54,996 nucleotides of DNA, taken from positions 1 to 54,996 of the IMG/VR virus record IMGVR_UViG_3300037424_001001, one strand, 5' to 3'. Every line of letters begins with the position of its first letter. Position 1 is the first letter of the stretch. This DNA is from a virus (Duplodnaviria > Caudoviricetes). Position numbers and translations under genes: made by a program. The notes below the pieces were generated by a model. The model made no database searches, had not been told where the DNA came from, and worked only from the letters and a program-made list of their open reading frames with translations. This document shows, piece after piece, positions 17,001 to 25,393 of the stretch.

Positions 17001-20000
17001 AAAGACCGCCTGACAAGCGAGGTCATTGGAATGGTAGACCTCAAGAAGGTTCTTGATGGCGCGGGACGCCTTGCTGCTCGGTTCGTCAGGGACCTTCCCC
17101 TCTTGCCCGGCCAGTTTCTCGCCGTTGAGCAACCGGACATCGAAGGAGGCTTTGCCGGCCAGCCCTTCGGTGATGATCGGCGACTCCGGCCCGCCGGCGG
17201 CCATGGTCGCCTTGCGCTCTCTGCCGGACATCCCCCGCCAGGTTCTCGCGTAGCCCTGCAGGGTTTTGAATTCGGCGAGTTGCTGCACCGACATGTCGGC
17301 GTTGTCGGCAATCACCTTTTTGTACGGGCGGTCCATGGCGTTTTCGGAACGGCCGTTTTCCAGTTCGATTCGTTCTGATTCCGTCAGGGTCTTGTCGGAC
17401 AGGACCTTGCCGTTCTCGGTTTTGCGCGGGACCATTTCCGGCATGTTCTCGGAAAAGACCACATCCATGTACTGGCCGAACATGCGGCGCAGTTCCGGGA
17501 CGTTGATGAACGAGGCCAGGCGAACCACCGCTTCATATTCCGCTGCGGCGTTCAGTTCGACATCCTGAACCTCGGCGGCGAAGGAGCCAAACCATCCATC
17601 CCAACTATTCAGGCCGACATCCCGCATTTCATCTTCCATCAGGTAGCGCATCTGGTGGAAAACCTCGACGAGGGTATTGGTGATCGGCGTACCAGTGAAG
17701 GTATGGACGTTGCCGCCGCCGTTGTTGGCCCGGACATAGCTCGTCAGGAAGCGCAGCGCGATAGATCGGGAAGAGGTCTGTGCGTTGAGGCCCTTCATTC
17801 GCATCTTCGTGGAGAAGGGCGGCTTTTTGAATTCATGGGCCTCGTCGACGATGATCATGTCGATGCCCAACTCCTCGAAGGGGATGGCCGTCTCGCGGCT
17901 CGACCGCTGTGACGCCTTGTCGATGGAGGTGATAATCGCATTGCGGACCCGGACAAGATCCTTGGCCGTTGGGGACCGGAGCTTTTTCAGTTCCTCCGGA
18001 TCGTTGAGCATACTGTCGTCCCAGTGAACGCCATCCTCTTCGGCGGCTTCCCGGGCTTCCTGCTCCAGAAGATCAAGCTCTTCCTGTGCCATGGCCTGCA
18101 GGGTTTCCCGGGTCAGGGACAGGCGATCGATCAGCGAGTGCGGCATAACAATCAGGTCCCAGTCGTCATTGGCGATCTGCCGGAGTTTCACGTCAATGCT
18201 GTCGGGGGACAGGTTGTCGATGTAGAGAAGGGCCGCCCCGGGGTACATGGCCTGAATCTCGTTCTTCACCGTGGCGCTGTTGGCGTTGTGCGCTAAAAGA
18301 AGAGGCTTGCGGGCGATACCGTAGCGGCGAGACTCAATGGCCAGCCCGCCGATCGTGAAGGTCTTGCCGGTTCCGACCTGGTGCGCGTACAGGCCCTTGC
18401 GGGTGACGAGTCCCCGCCAGATAGCGTCGGCCTGGTGCTTGCGCATGTTCAGCGGTCCGTTCCCGAATTCAAGCGCCATCCCCTCGAACTTCAAAAAGGA
18501 CCCGTCATATTCCGGCTTTGCCCAGGCGTTACGGGCCTCGTTGTATTCCCGCTCCAGAACAATGCGCCGCTCGGGATCGGACCATACCCAGGTCTGAAAC
18601 TCTTCGCGGATTTTGGCGATACGCTCGTTGACCTCGGCGGTGGCTGTTTCGTCAACCACCATGTTCTTATTTTCGTCAGGGTGACGAATGGTCATCACCT
18701 GATTGCCGAGGGCGTAGGAAACGAGGCTCTTGAATTTGGCGAACTTGCTGCCGAATCCGGCTTCCGCTTCTGCCCGGTAGTTGAAGTCCGACGACAGGCG
18801 CAGCTTCCAGCGGCCGGCGATGAATTCGACCTTGACCTTTGCTGTGTCCTCTTTCGACAGGTTGAGCATGTGGCCAACGTAGGTGGCATAGACCTCGGGC
18901 GGGGTCCAGGTGGCGCCGAACTGCACCTCGATCTTGTGGTAGGGGATATCCTGCGGGATGACGCGCTTCAGGGCCTCGACGTTGCGGACCATGTGAGCGT
19001 TGCCGTCCTTGACTGCGGCCTCCGCTTCCCGGAGTTTTTCCCGGACATTGCCGGCAAGATAGAGATCGGTCGGGGTAATGTCGTGATCGATCGTCTCATA
19101 GGCGGCCCCGGATTCAACCAGGGACTTGCGGACTGCATCCTTGTCGGTTTTGGCAAGGGTCGCAATCTGCTCAAGGGTCGGGCTGACCTGCCCGTTACGG
19201 GCAAGGACAAAGGCATCCTCTACGCTCGGGTTGTCCTGGCGGGGCTTCGGTCGCATGGTGCTTTGCGAAAGAATCTTTGCCGGGCGGGTCTTGCCGTCGG
19301 GGCCTTCGATCTCAAGGGCGGCCAGTGCCGGGTAGAAAGGGTCGGTGACCCGCTTCAGGTACTTCATGCCGAAGCTGTCATTGAATCCGCTATGGTTCTT
19401 GGTGAAGGCGTCGTACTGCTTTTTCAACTCCTTCCGTGCGGCGGTGGCCTCTTCGCCGGCGCGCTCGACCTTGATCAGTTCCGCATACGCCTTACGCATG
19501 GCGATCAGGTCGCGCAACTGCGTCTCGCGGTTGGCCGTCTCAGCCTTGCCCTTGACGACGTAGGCCACAACCTGGTGCGCTGGCGCCAGGTGCTCACCGG
19601 AAACAACAAACAGGCCATCCTTGGTTTCGGTCAGCGCGCCCTCGCGGTCGTCGGTATGATTGGCGATGTAGGAGATCTGTTTGGTGCGGACATCCGGCTT
19701 GAAGGCGTCGACGGGAACAACCTCGATCATTTCGTCCAAGCGCGCCCGGATGTTCTGCGGGCGGGTGACGATCAGGCCGGGGCGGGCACTGATGGTGCCG
19801 TGTCCGAAGTCGACGGTGCCGAGAACGTGGCGGGGGTTTTCGTGGTAATACTTGTTGAGGAGAACAGGCGTCCCGCTCGGGGTGTTGAAGGGTTCGGATC
19901 CAATCCAGCTATCCGAAACGATGCCGAGGGGCTGGTCACGCTTGCGCAGGATGATGATGTCGGTCACTACGGCGGTGCCGGCGTATTCCTTGAACGCTCC

Positions 20001-23000
20001 AGAGGGGAGACGAAAGGCGGCGATCAGTTCGCCCTTCTGCGCCATGGCGCGCCGGGAGGACTTATCCACCTTGTCCATGGTGCCGTGCGAAGTGATACCG
20101 ATCACGATACCGCCAGTGCGCACCTGGTCGAGGGACTTGAGAAAGAAATAATCGTGCAGAACGGGATTGAGTTTGTTGTAACGGCGATCCGCCGGCCGCA
20201 TGGAGTCAAAGGGCCAGTTGCCGATTACCACGTCATAGAAGTTGTCCGGGGTTTTGGAAGTCTCATATCCCTTGATCGAGATATTGGCGCCGGGATAAAG
20301 CATCTTGGCCATGCTGCCGGTCAACTCGTCAAGCTCGATGCCGGTCAACTGGCTGCGGGTCTTCAGGTCGAGGGGCATCATGCCGAAGAAGTTACCGATA
20401 CCCATGGCCGGCTCGAGAACCTTGCCGCCGGTGAAGCCCATCCGGGCGATCATCGACCACATGGCCAGAACGGTTGGCGGATCGGTGTAGTGGGCGTTCA
20501 GGATGGACCGCTGCGCGCTCTCCCATTCGGACTGGCCGAGGCTGTCACGGAGCCAAGTGTCACGCGCTTCCCATCCATCCTTGGGCGAAGGGCGGGACCA
20601 GGACCCGTTAAAGAGCTCCTGCCCGAAAGATCCCCATCCGGTATAGCCGGCAAGGGTCGCCTGCTCTTCGGCGGTCGGGTCGCGGTATTCGTCTCGAAGT
20701 TGGTGGTAGAGTTCGATGGCGTCGCGGTTCTTGTTGAATCGGGCAACAGGAGAACCGCCGACGATCTGCTCCGGGTCGGCTACATGGAATAGACTTCCTC
20801 TTCCGACTGATCCGGGCCGAGCATCAACCAGTTCGCTTCCGCCTGCTCCTGTGCGTCCGTCAGGGGCATTCCCCCCTTCTGCAGGCTGTCGCTCTCCCGC
20901 CACATTTGTTCCTGGAGGACGAACGCCAGTTTTTCCGTCAGGAGTTGGCGTTGCAAATCCCGGTACATTTCCGTCCGGTTTGCTTTCCAGTCCGACAGAA
21001 TCCGGCGATGCAGGTCCTTGTTGTGAAGCAGGTCCTCGTCCGCCTTCATCTCCCTGAACTGGCTGTCCACCCATTCCCGGAACTTCTTGTCCGGCGGCAC
21101 CTTCGTCATTCGTTCGGGCTTCGTCATGGCTCCCCTCCTTGATGTCCAGTATATCCTTGATGTCAATGGCGTCAACTACCGACTCCGGGTCCATCCCGGC
21201 ACGGTCCAATCCCGGCCAGTTACGGGCGGCTGAGTACCAGGCTTTGAAGTAGGGACTCAACTTCTCCGCAGCATCGCCGAGGTGGCTTGCCATGGCTTTG
21301 CTGAATTTCACAAAAGACCGGGCCCCGGCTTCAACGTGATAAACGGCAAGCTCGGCGCCGAGCATCAGGAGTTCAGGATCGACGCCGGCCGTCAGGGTAC
21401 TGACTTTGGCCCGGAGTTTTGCGGCCAGTTCTTCGGCCCGGTCCTTGGTCACCAGTTTGTTGTCGGTACCGTACCCTTGAGGCAGGGCCTTGGCGGGGGC
21501 GTTCGCTGCCGGGGCTGAAACCGCGGTCTGATCCGTGCCTACGCTTGGCAGGACGGGCGATTGTGCAGGCGCTTCCGGTTTTGCTACCACATTCGAGGGG
21601 GCAGCGCCGGGCATCTTGGTCCCGCCTCCGTTGCTGGTGTAGAAGGCGTCGGAGTAGGTTTTAAGCTGCTCGTCGCTGACGTTGACCGCTGCGGCATGGG
21701 CGGCGGCGACATCCACCCCTTGGCTGACGGAGTATTTCAACTCGTCGACGGTGGCCTTGCGGTATGCGTCCTTGTAGGCGATGGCAAAGTTTTGGTTATC
21801 GCTTCCGGGGGCAACGGCCTTGAGCTTCCCGTCTTTAGCCAGGCGATCAGCTACCCGTCCAAAGAAGACACCCTTTTCCATGACGGGCTTGGTGTTCGCG
21901 GGGGCAGCTTCGGGGCTTTCCTTGAGGATCTGTTCCGACAGTTCACCGACCGTGAGCGTTCCATCTGCCCACCGGTTCGCGCCTTTGGTGCCATAGGGGT
22001 CTTTCGTGGTGGCCTTGCGATACATGAAGACCATGCCGGAGGCGTTCGGCTTCATGCCAGGCATTCCGCTGGCTTCAGTAATGGTGAGATAGATCCCGCT
22101 ACCGTCAGGACGAAGCAGGGAGATTGAAGCGTCGCCGGGGCCGGAAACACCTGATTGATTGATATTGACCTTGCCGTCCCATGACAAGTGTTTTTTGAGG
22201 GCGTTCAGGAAGGTTTTTGCGTCATTGAGATATTCGCGCTTCGTCTCGCCGTCGTTGTGCCATCCGTCGATATTCTTGACGCCGTAATCGTCGCGCAGGG
22301 TGCGGAGTTCACCTCCAGCCTTGGCCTTCTGTGCCGCAACCTTCGCCTTGTACTTCTCTATCGGCTTGACTACTTCCGGGGCGGAACCTTCTTCTTGTCC
22401 GACTTCGCTTTCTTCTCCAGTTCCGCTTTCAGTTTCTCCGGAGGTGTCTTGTCCAGGCCGAGCCGCTTCAACCGTTTTTCCATCGACATTGCTGATACCC
22501 TCCTTTGCGAGTTTCGCCAGGGCGGTACGGCCGTCGGCCGCCTCGATCACCCTGTCGACGCTATCGTGTGCGCTAAATTCCGTGACGCCGGAATAGATAC
22601 CGATCCCGGGACTACCACCCTTCGGATTATAAATTTCGCTCAATCCCTGTTTCTTGGCGTAGGCATTGATCTTGGCCCCGGTTTTTTCCAGTATACCACG
22701 AAGTTCTGATTCCGTTGAATCGGGGGCGATTACGCCAAACTCGTCGCCGCCTTTCCGGAAAACCTGCACCCCGGGGAAGTTCTCCTTCATGTCGTCGTTG
22801 ATGATCTCGGCGATGGCGCGCACATGAGCATCCGCCTTGGCATTGGCGCCCATGTGCTTATTCAGCCCGCCGAGGTTACGCAGGTCGATGTCAGCATAGG
22901 CGAAGGCCCGGCCGCTCTCCTTGTGGGCGAACCAGGCACGATCAAGGGAAGGCCGGTGATAGTCGACCTTCTGCAGGCCGGTCACCGGATCAGGCTGCCG

Positions 23001-25358
23001 GACCAGGGTGCGGCGCTCGTTCATCAGGTCGCTGTGCAGTTCGCTGTCTTCGGCAATCCCTCCAGCTTTGAGCTTATCAGCAAGGGCTTTTTCGTGGATC
23101 TCCGCCTCGCTCATAAAGGGGGCGGCCGGTTTCTTCCCTTCCGGGGCAAAGATCTTGCGCGCATGTTCCCGGGCGAAGGTATCGATCGTGGTCTTGTCGC
23201 CGTACTTGGCATCCACCGCGGCGATGGAGCCAAGCGCGGCCACCTTGTCCTGAACGAAAGCAACCTGGTCGGAGGTTAGTCCCGGTACTCCGGTCCCTCC
23301 CGTCTCTCCTCCGCCGGGCTTTCCTTCGGGAATTCCCTTCGCTGCATCCCCGGACACCCGCACTCCGGCATCATCATTCCCTCGTCCTGCTTCTTGGGAA
23401 AGTCCCGCATCTGGCCCGACATTGGTTTCATTGGTGGCTGCTCCTTCTGTGAAAGGGACGTTCTGATCTACGGGTTTGGTCGGGTCGTAAGTCTTCCTCC
23501 ATGCCTTAAAGTCTTCCATCGGCATTTCGGTGACGGCACCGACCCGGCTTTCCCCGGTCTTATCGTAATTGGAAAGATAGGTCATGCGGGCGCCCTGCTC
23601 AAACTTCGGACCCATGACAACCTTGTGCTCGTCAAACTTCCCTGTTTTCGGGTCGATCTGGTCGACGATAAAAACGGACTCGGCCGACGAAGCACCAGGG
23701 GTCAAAAAGACATCGAGCTTGGACGGCTTGCCTCCTTCAATCCCGCCCTTGGTCCCCCTGATATACCCGTAATGGGCGGTCATCTTCGTCTGCCACTTCT
23801 TCCCGCCGGTTTCCTTGTCCTTGCGGATAGATCCGATCGGGTTCTCGATGGAGATGTCGAGGCCCTGAACCTTGTGGTGACCGAGCTTGGCGTTCTTGCC
23901 GATCTGATCATTGGTCGGGTCGGGGAGATCGTTCACCGGGGAAGAGGCTGCGGTGTGCGCGGCCAGGTCCATTTCGAGGTCGGCGATTTCCTGCTCCTCG
24001 TCGACGACGGTCGGCTGTTCCTGCTCGACGGGGGTCTCCTGAGCGACCTCTTCCGTCATCCCCTGGGCCTGAACGGGGGCGACCGGAACCGGCTGCACCG
24101 CGGCAACAGCTTCCTCGATCACGCTGGCGGCAACCTCCCGGGGCGCCGATTGTTCGCCGGCCGGTTCGGGGTCGGTCTGAATCTCGGTCAAGGGTCTCCC
24201 GGTGGCAAGGTCCGTCTCGCCTTCGAAAGGAGCGAAGTTTCCGTTGGCTCCGCGCATCTTGCGCAGCATGGCCCGGGTCTGGCTTTGCTCCTGCTCGGCG
24301 GCGATCCGCTTCTTCTCGGCGTCAGGAAGGGCTTCCCATTCGGCCTGTAGCGCCTTGGCTTCGGCACTCCCGCCGACCTTGTTGATCATGACGCTGCCGC
24401 CGCCCATGAGCGTTGACTGCAGGACGGTGACCAGGGCGGTGTCCACCTGATCCTGGAAATGGGCATCGCTCACCCAGTAATCGACGGTGCTGCCGATCCG
24501 CTGATTCAAGGGGGCGTCGTTTTCGGTAAAGAAAGCGTCGGCGCCGTTCTGCAGAGCCGTGGCGATATGTTCGGTGACCAACTCCGCGCCGTAGTATTCC
24601 GCCAGTTTTCGAACCAGCCGCTTCGTCCCCGGCTTGAAGAGCTCGAAGAGTTTCCCCATCGGGACCCTTTCGGTCAATCCCTCGACGGCGCCCTGCCACA
24701 CGGCGTTGACGGCCGACTGGTTGACCGACTTCCCGTCGGCCCGGTTCTCTCCGTATTTCTGCCCTCCGGTCATCGTCCCCATGATGCCGAGGCCGAGGGC
24801 CGGGTTGACGGCACTGATCGTCAGGGTAGGGACCATCTGCATCATCGACTCGGCGGCCATGGCGGAGATCTCACCGCCCTTGGTCTTGAACGGGTTCTCC
24901 TTCTCCACCAGATCGTGAATCATCTTGCCTTCGGCGTAGAGATCCTTCCCCTTCTGGATATAGGGGGACTGGATGCCCGGGTCGCGGCGCCACTCCTCCG
25001 GGCCCGTCTGCGCCAACTTCTGATCCATCTCGCCGAGAAACTGTGCGGCACCGCCGAGGGACTGTTCCATGGCGGAGATCCCCCGGGCGCCGTAGGTCTT
25101 CGCCAAGTTCGGCACGTCGTTCAGGGCAAACTCAGGCCAGTCGTTGACCAGAACGTCGGCGGCTTTGGCGAAGAATCCCGGGCCTTCCGGTTCCGGATCC
25201 AGGCCCATCTCGGGCGCCGGGGCTCTTTTCGGAAGGGACAGCCCGGTCGCCGGGTATTCGGCCGACAGAGCGTCGAGTTCGTCAAGGGAGAATTCTTTCG
25301 TCTTTGCCGCGGGGATCTTGCTTTCGATGGCGTCGAGGTCGTCACTGGTAAAAGGCAT
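11028..25358 (-). CDS. Giant polyvalent (DarB-like) virion protein, 4776 aa
   Basis: PPase-like domain (~23500-23890); GGDEF motif (22737-22751); N6-MTase motifs EPAMGIG and GNWPF; SNF2 motifs HQVGTGKT, DEAH (17835-17846) and QRNGR; HEGYGH (14706-14723); LPD38-like C-terminus; follows the ejection-protein genes. Confidence 0.9.
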   Translation of the reverse strand: MPFTSDDLDAIESKIPAAKTKEFSLDELDALSAEYPATGLSLPKRAPAPEMGLDPEPEGPGFFAKAADVLVNDWPEFALNDVPNLAKTYGARGISAMEQSLGGAAQFLGEMDQKLAQTGPEEWRRDPGIQSPYIQKGKDLYAEGKMIHDLVEKENPFKTKGGEISAMAAESMMQMVPTLTISAVNPALGLGIMGTMTGGQKYGENRADGKSVNQSAVNAVWQGAVEGLTERVPMGKLFELFKPGTKRLVRKLAEYYGAELVTEHIATALQNGADAFFTENDAPLNQRIGSTVDYWVSDAHFQDQVDTALVTVLQSTLMGGGSVMINKVGGSAEAKALQAEWEALPDAEKKRIAAEQEQSQTRAMLRKMRGANGNFAPFEGETDLATGRPLTEIQTDPEPAGEQSAPREVAASVIEEAVAAVQPVPVAPVQAQGMTEEVAQETPVEQEQPTVVDEEQEIADLEMDLAAHTAASSPVNDLPDPTNDQIGKNAKLGHHKVQGLDISIENPIGSIRKDKETGGKKWQTKMTAHYGYIRGTKGGIEGGKPSKLDVFLTPGASSAESVFIVDQIDPKTGKFDEHKVVMGPKFEQGARMTYLSNYDKTGESRVGAVTEMPMEDFKAWRKTYDPTKPVDQNVPFTEGAATNETNVGPDAGLSQEAGRGNDDAGVRVSGDAAKGIPEGKPGGGETGGTGVPGLTSDQVAFVQDKVAALGSIAAVDAKYGDKTTIDTFAREHARKIFAPEGKKPAAPFMSEAEIHEKALADKLKAGGIAEDSELHSDLMNERRTLVRQPDPVTGLQKVDYHRPSLDRAWFAHKESGRAFAYADIDLRNLGGLNKHMGANAKADAHVRAIAEIINDDMKENFPGVQVFRKGGDEFGVIAPDSTESELRGILEKTGAKINAYAKKQGLSEIYNPKGGSPGIGIYSGVTEFSAHDSVDRVIEAADGRTALAKLAKEGISNVDGKTVEAARPGQDTSGETESGTGEESEVGQEEGSAPEVVKPIEKYKAKVAAQKAKAGGELRTLRDDYGVKNIDGWHNDGETKREYLNDAKTFLNALKKHLSWDGKVNINQSGVSGPGDASISLLRPDGSGIYLTITEASGMPGMKPNASGMVFMYRKATTKDPYGTKGANRWADGTLTVGELSEQILKESPEAAPANTKPVMEKGVFFGRVADRLAKDGKLKAVAPGSDNQNFAIAYKDAYRKATVDELKYSVSQGVDVAAAHAAAVNVSDEQLKTYSDAFYTSNGGGTKMPGAAPSNVVAKPEAPAQSPVLPSVGTDQTAVSAPAANAPAKALPQGYGTDNKLVTKDRAEELAAKLRAKVSTLTAGVDPELLMLGAELAVYHVEAGARSFVKFSKAMASHLGDAAEKLSPYFKAWYSAARNWPGLDRAGMDPESVVDAIDIKDILDIKEGSHDEARTNDEGAAGQEVPGMGGQPVQGDEGGRGPASQQGPASPDSVGLESKPDGNVPGFATPTPDGKTGVRPPGTNVAGERQPAEGGNAPDGRTGAGGSELVDARPGSVGRGSLFHVADPEQIVGGSPVARFNKNRDAIELYHQLRDEYRDPTAEEQATLAGYTGWGSFGQELFNGSWSRPSPKDGWEARDTWLRDSLGQSEWESAQRSILNAHYTDPPTVLAMWSMIARMGFTGGKVLEPAMGIGNFFGMMPLDLKTRSQLTGIELDELTGSMAKMLYPGANISIKGYETSKTPDNFYDVVIGNWPFDSMRPADRRYNKLNPVLHDYFFLKSLDQVRTGGIVIGITSHGTMDKVDKSSRRAMAQKGELIAAFRLPSGAFKEYAGTAVVTDIIILRKRDQPLGIVSDSWIGSEPFNTPSGTPVLLNKYYHENPRHVLGTVDFGHGTISARPGLIVTRPQNIRARLDEMIEVVPVDAFKPDVRTKQISYIANHTDDREGALTETKDGLFVVSGEHLAPAHQVVAYVVKGKAETANRETQLRDLIAMRKAYAELIKVERAGEEATAARKELKKQYDAFTKNHSGFNDSFGMKYLKRVTDPFYPALAALEIEGPDGKTRPAKILSQSTMRPKPRQDNPSVEDAFVLARNGQVSPTLEQIATLAKTDKDAVRKSLVESGAAYETIDHDITPTDLYLAGNVREKLREAEAAVKDGNAHMVRNVEALKRVIPQDIPYHKIEVQFGATWTPPEVYATYVGHMLNLSKEDTAKVKVEFIAGRWKLRLSSDFNYRAEAEAGFGSKFAKFKSLVSYALGNQVMTIRHPDENKNMVVDETATAEVNERIAKIREEFQTWVWSDPERRIVLEREYNEARNAWAKPEYDGSFLKFEGMALEFGNGPLNMRKHQADAIWRGLVTRKGLYAHQVGTGKTFTIGGLAIESRRYGIARKPLLLAHNANSATVKNEIQAMYPGAALLYIDNLSPDSIDVKLRQIANDDWDLIVMPHSLIDRLSLTRETLQAMAQEELDLLEQEAREAAEEDGVHWDDSMLNDPEELKKLRSPTAKDLVRVRNAIITSIDKASQRSSRETAIPFEELGIDMIIVDEAHEFKKPPFSTKMRMKGLNAQTSSRSIALRFLTSYVRANNGGGNVHTFTGTPITNTLVEVFHQMRYLMEDEMRDVGLNSWDGWFGSFAAEVQDVELNAAAEYEAVVRLASFINVPELRRMFGQYMDVVFSENMPEMVPRKTENGKVLSDKTLTESERIELENGRSENAMDRPYKKVIADNADMSVQQLAEFKTLQGYARTWRGMSGRERKATMAAGGPESPIITEGLAGKASFDVRLLNGEKLAGQEGKVPDEPSSKASRAIKNLLEVYHSNDLACQAVFTNSGLGRTATRSVGSAGNKTSQSYKVFSTVHDMVERLVQAGIPREQIAVVDGSTSKQKRAEISEKMNRAEIRIVFGSTQSLGVGVNMQKNLRAMHHMDAPYMPGDLEQRNGRGHRQGNQWNTVLEYRYLTDRLDGRRWQILAIKSKFIKAFLTANDDIRVIEGDGAAEEENDILDTFANAAGDPRILLLEKARKKVEHLQRRERMHTQAVVEAKSTIKTLTRDIASGKERLAIMDGENGILAKIKTAMLTFTANINGKNYATRKDADEAIAKFIQKNVRIGDNNVAVGTIYGFPVRASFPKLGEEAILKAEIQGANGSHEVQSHKSSLASLEAAIRGVVGSTDRTRGKVSEFESSLLRLDEISKETFGRQTELEAMKELVHDITSDMEANPVPPPAWLRNGAPVDTDVVWGDTTFTVSGHRWASAGWFVMASDERGQVAIPYNEIMDDQGMRIYDDREFDAPEVVVKEKKEPEIPESDAHISVLSQQDRRPADPDEGRTAEDGLSILKYKAKPVKWAQVTKSNNTNMPGSRTLFRGTMNGKTAFSNGHYLLEGKPPAKLEEQLRQPISDIDMEFFPKNYSPTESIKVIGFIENDTQKRIWFDKGSPIDAKYYDLILNLYPDATFKQTNDGGKDNPLAIFSKDSVVGYVMPIKSEVPSGIESLREGPGATFSRGATGPGMSIAAAEKAIARPVQAFPSSISFHVVPNTEGLPPHLKAAAMNGTMNGEQAIKALLDETTGRDIYLVADQFSSAGDLQRAVFHEGYGHIGPRSLLGADIIPVLNQVALAFPARMQEVAKDYKFDLTDKLQRLKAAEEVLARVAERNERPRLIQRAVEAIKTWLVKNGFTAWKYTDADLVAMIARGKRTLGGGGPVSGRRPYGPGNVTEQRGPLSSPQAFYSKLEEVVRNKVGGKILAPALKNMLKNNGVTDDEIATILPGLDAKGVYTKQEVLDEIAANSVEFEDVVLGTPGGGSIALRAVAWRDIPQEERSASYSGYEEMMEDGGFLIFNGQRWVGTDLSGAATPEGAIEAFKREAEQEGYDGVLGSQETQFSQYVEPGAVEGSYREMSVTAPDAFKKSGMTPGVYPTFQRKRATGTPEQEAALAATMATPSADMTWAERAKTILYNFTARVDPLAVRQGMMDDFASIESYEEDTFGQVMDASISPSKAARLTRNLDSVMAAVMLRGALLFRNGSFHLENAKSGKGFADIFAPLTNHADGNLLRLWEGWAAAVRANRLIKEGRENNFTQDQIDALLPLEQQYPLFRQIFDEYQTFNNKILDLAEATGVIDGEARAEWSKNDYVPFYRVVEDIQGAENVKGPFKKRGLANQKSGIMRLKGGAGKINVMENMLLNAAKLIDSSFKNIAAQRIVDMAEGTGAIEEISKTWKPVMVPNSMIRKALEASGILPDNETSWGNVAEIGHLGVGEFMDSELSAWSKLLARWAPQGPDVITVLSGGKPRYFRVHDPLLLRSMTAMGPTTTDGMLTLMKGAKKLLTHSVTVNPAFMMANFLRDTLSTWVVTDTNMIPFLHAGKEFINALGKDEKLMAMMAAGAGGGGYYHVRKEGARDMIADQVKAMESTRFKDTVLHSPRKAWRFYQKIGAATESANRMVVFDKTLKAGGSIGEAAYQAMDTLNFTRSGDYAVMRFMVQTVPFLNARIQGLDRLYRGVKENPRSFALKGLMLTGATLALYAINMGNPDYEDLPEWDKDLYWHFFTPFGHFRMPKPFEVGAIFSTIPERMMELIREKEGDMFVNRMVQMFLDTFAFNPIPQLFKPIVEEVANKSFFSDSPIVSQRLQRLEPEAQYDPWTSESLRLLAEGMPDSAPAFLRSPKRLGHLLYGYTSAVSTYALMASDAILRKTGLAEEIPAGSVQDIPVLNRFVREDSPRSTKYSNEFYEMTVETAKIYSTIKEYRKRGRKEDADTMLRENLAKLRARPQLAAVQKRLQDINNRIRLVWSSRELTREEKQSRVDKLNAERNRLQKLAVERYGAAF
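20780..21127 (-). CDS. Nested +1-frame ORF (115 aa, helical) inside the giant gene
   Basis: SD AAGGAGGGGAG before the ATG. The sequence is protein-like while the host frame is a Gly/Pro-rich linker. Confidence 0.7.
   Translation of the reverse strand: MTKPERMTKVPPDKKFREWVDSQFREMKADEDLLHNKDLHRRILSDWKANRTEMYRDLQRQLLTEKLAFVLQEQMWRESDSLQKGGMPLTDAQEQAEANWLMLGPDQSEEEVYSM
22370..22489 (-). CDS. Nested +1-frame ORF (39 aa, Lys-rich) after the GGDEF domain
   Basis: SD AAGGAGG; MSMEKRLKRLGLDKTPPEKLKAELEKKAKSDKKKVPPRK. Confidence 0.5.
   Translation of the reverse strand: MSMEKRLKRLGLDKTPPEKLKAELEKKAKSDKKKVPPRK
23276..23431 (-). CDS. Nested +1-frame ORF (51 aa) after the PPase-like domain
   Basis: SD AAGGAG; MKPMSGQMRDFPKKQDEGMMMPECGCPGMQRREFPKESPAEERREGPEYRD. 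Confidence 0.4.
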   Translation of the reverse strand: MKPMSGQMRDFPKKQDEGMMMPECGCPGMQRREFPKESPAEERREGPEYRD

Positions 25359-25393
25359 TGTGCCTCCTGGAGGGAGAAGTGATCAGAACTGCA

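Noticed and set aside
12243-25382. Long + strand ORFs opposite the giant gene (e.g. 18381-20792, 12243-13520)
   Set aside because: These are antisense shadows expected from high-GC codon bias and have no motifs.
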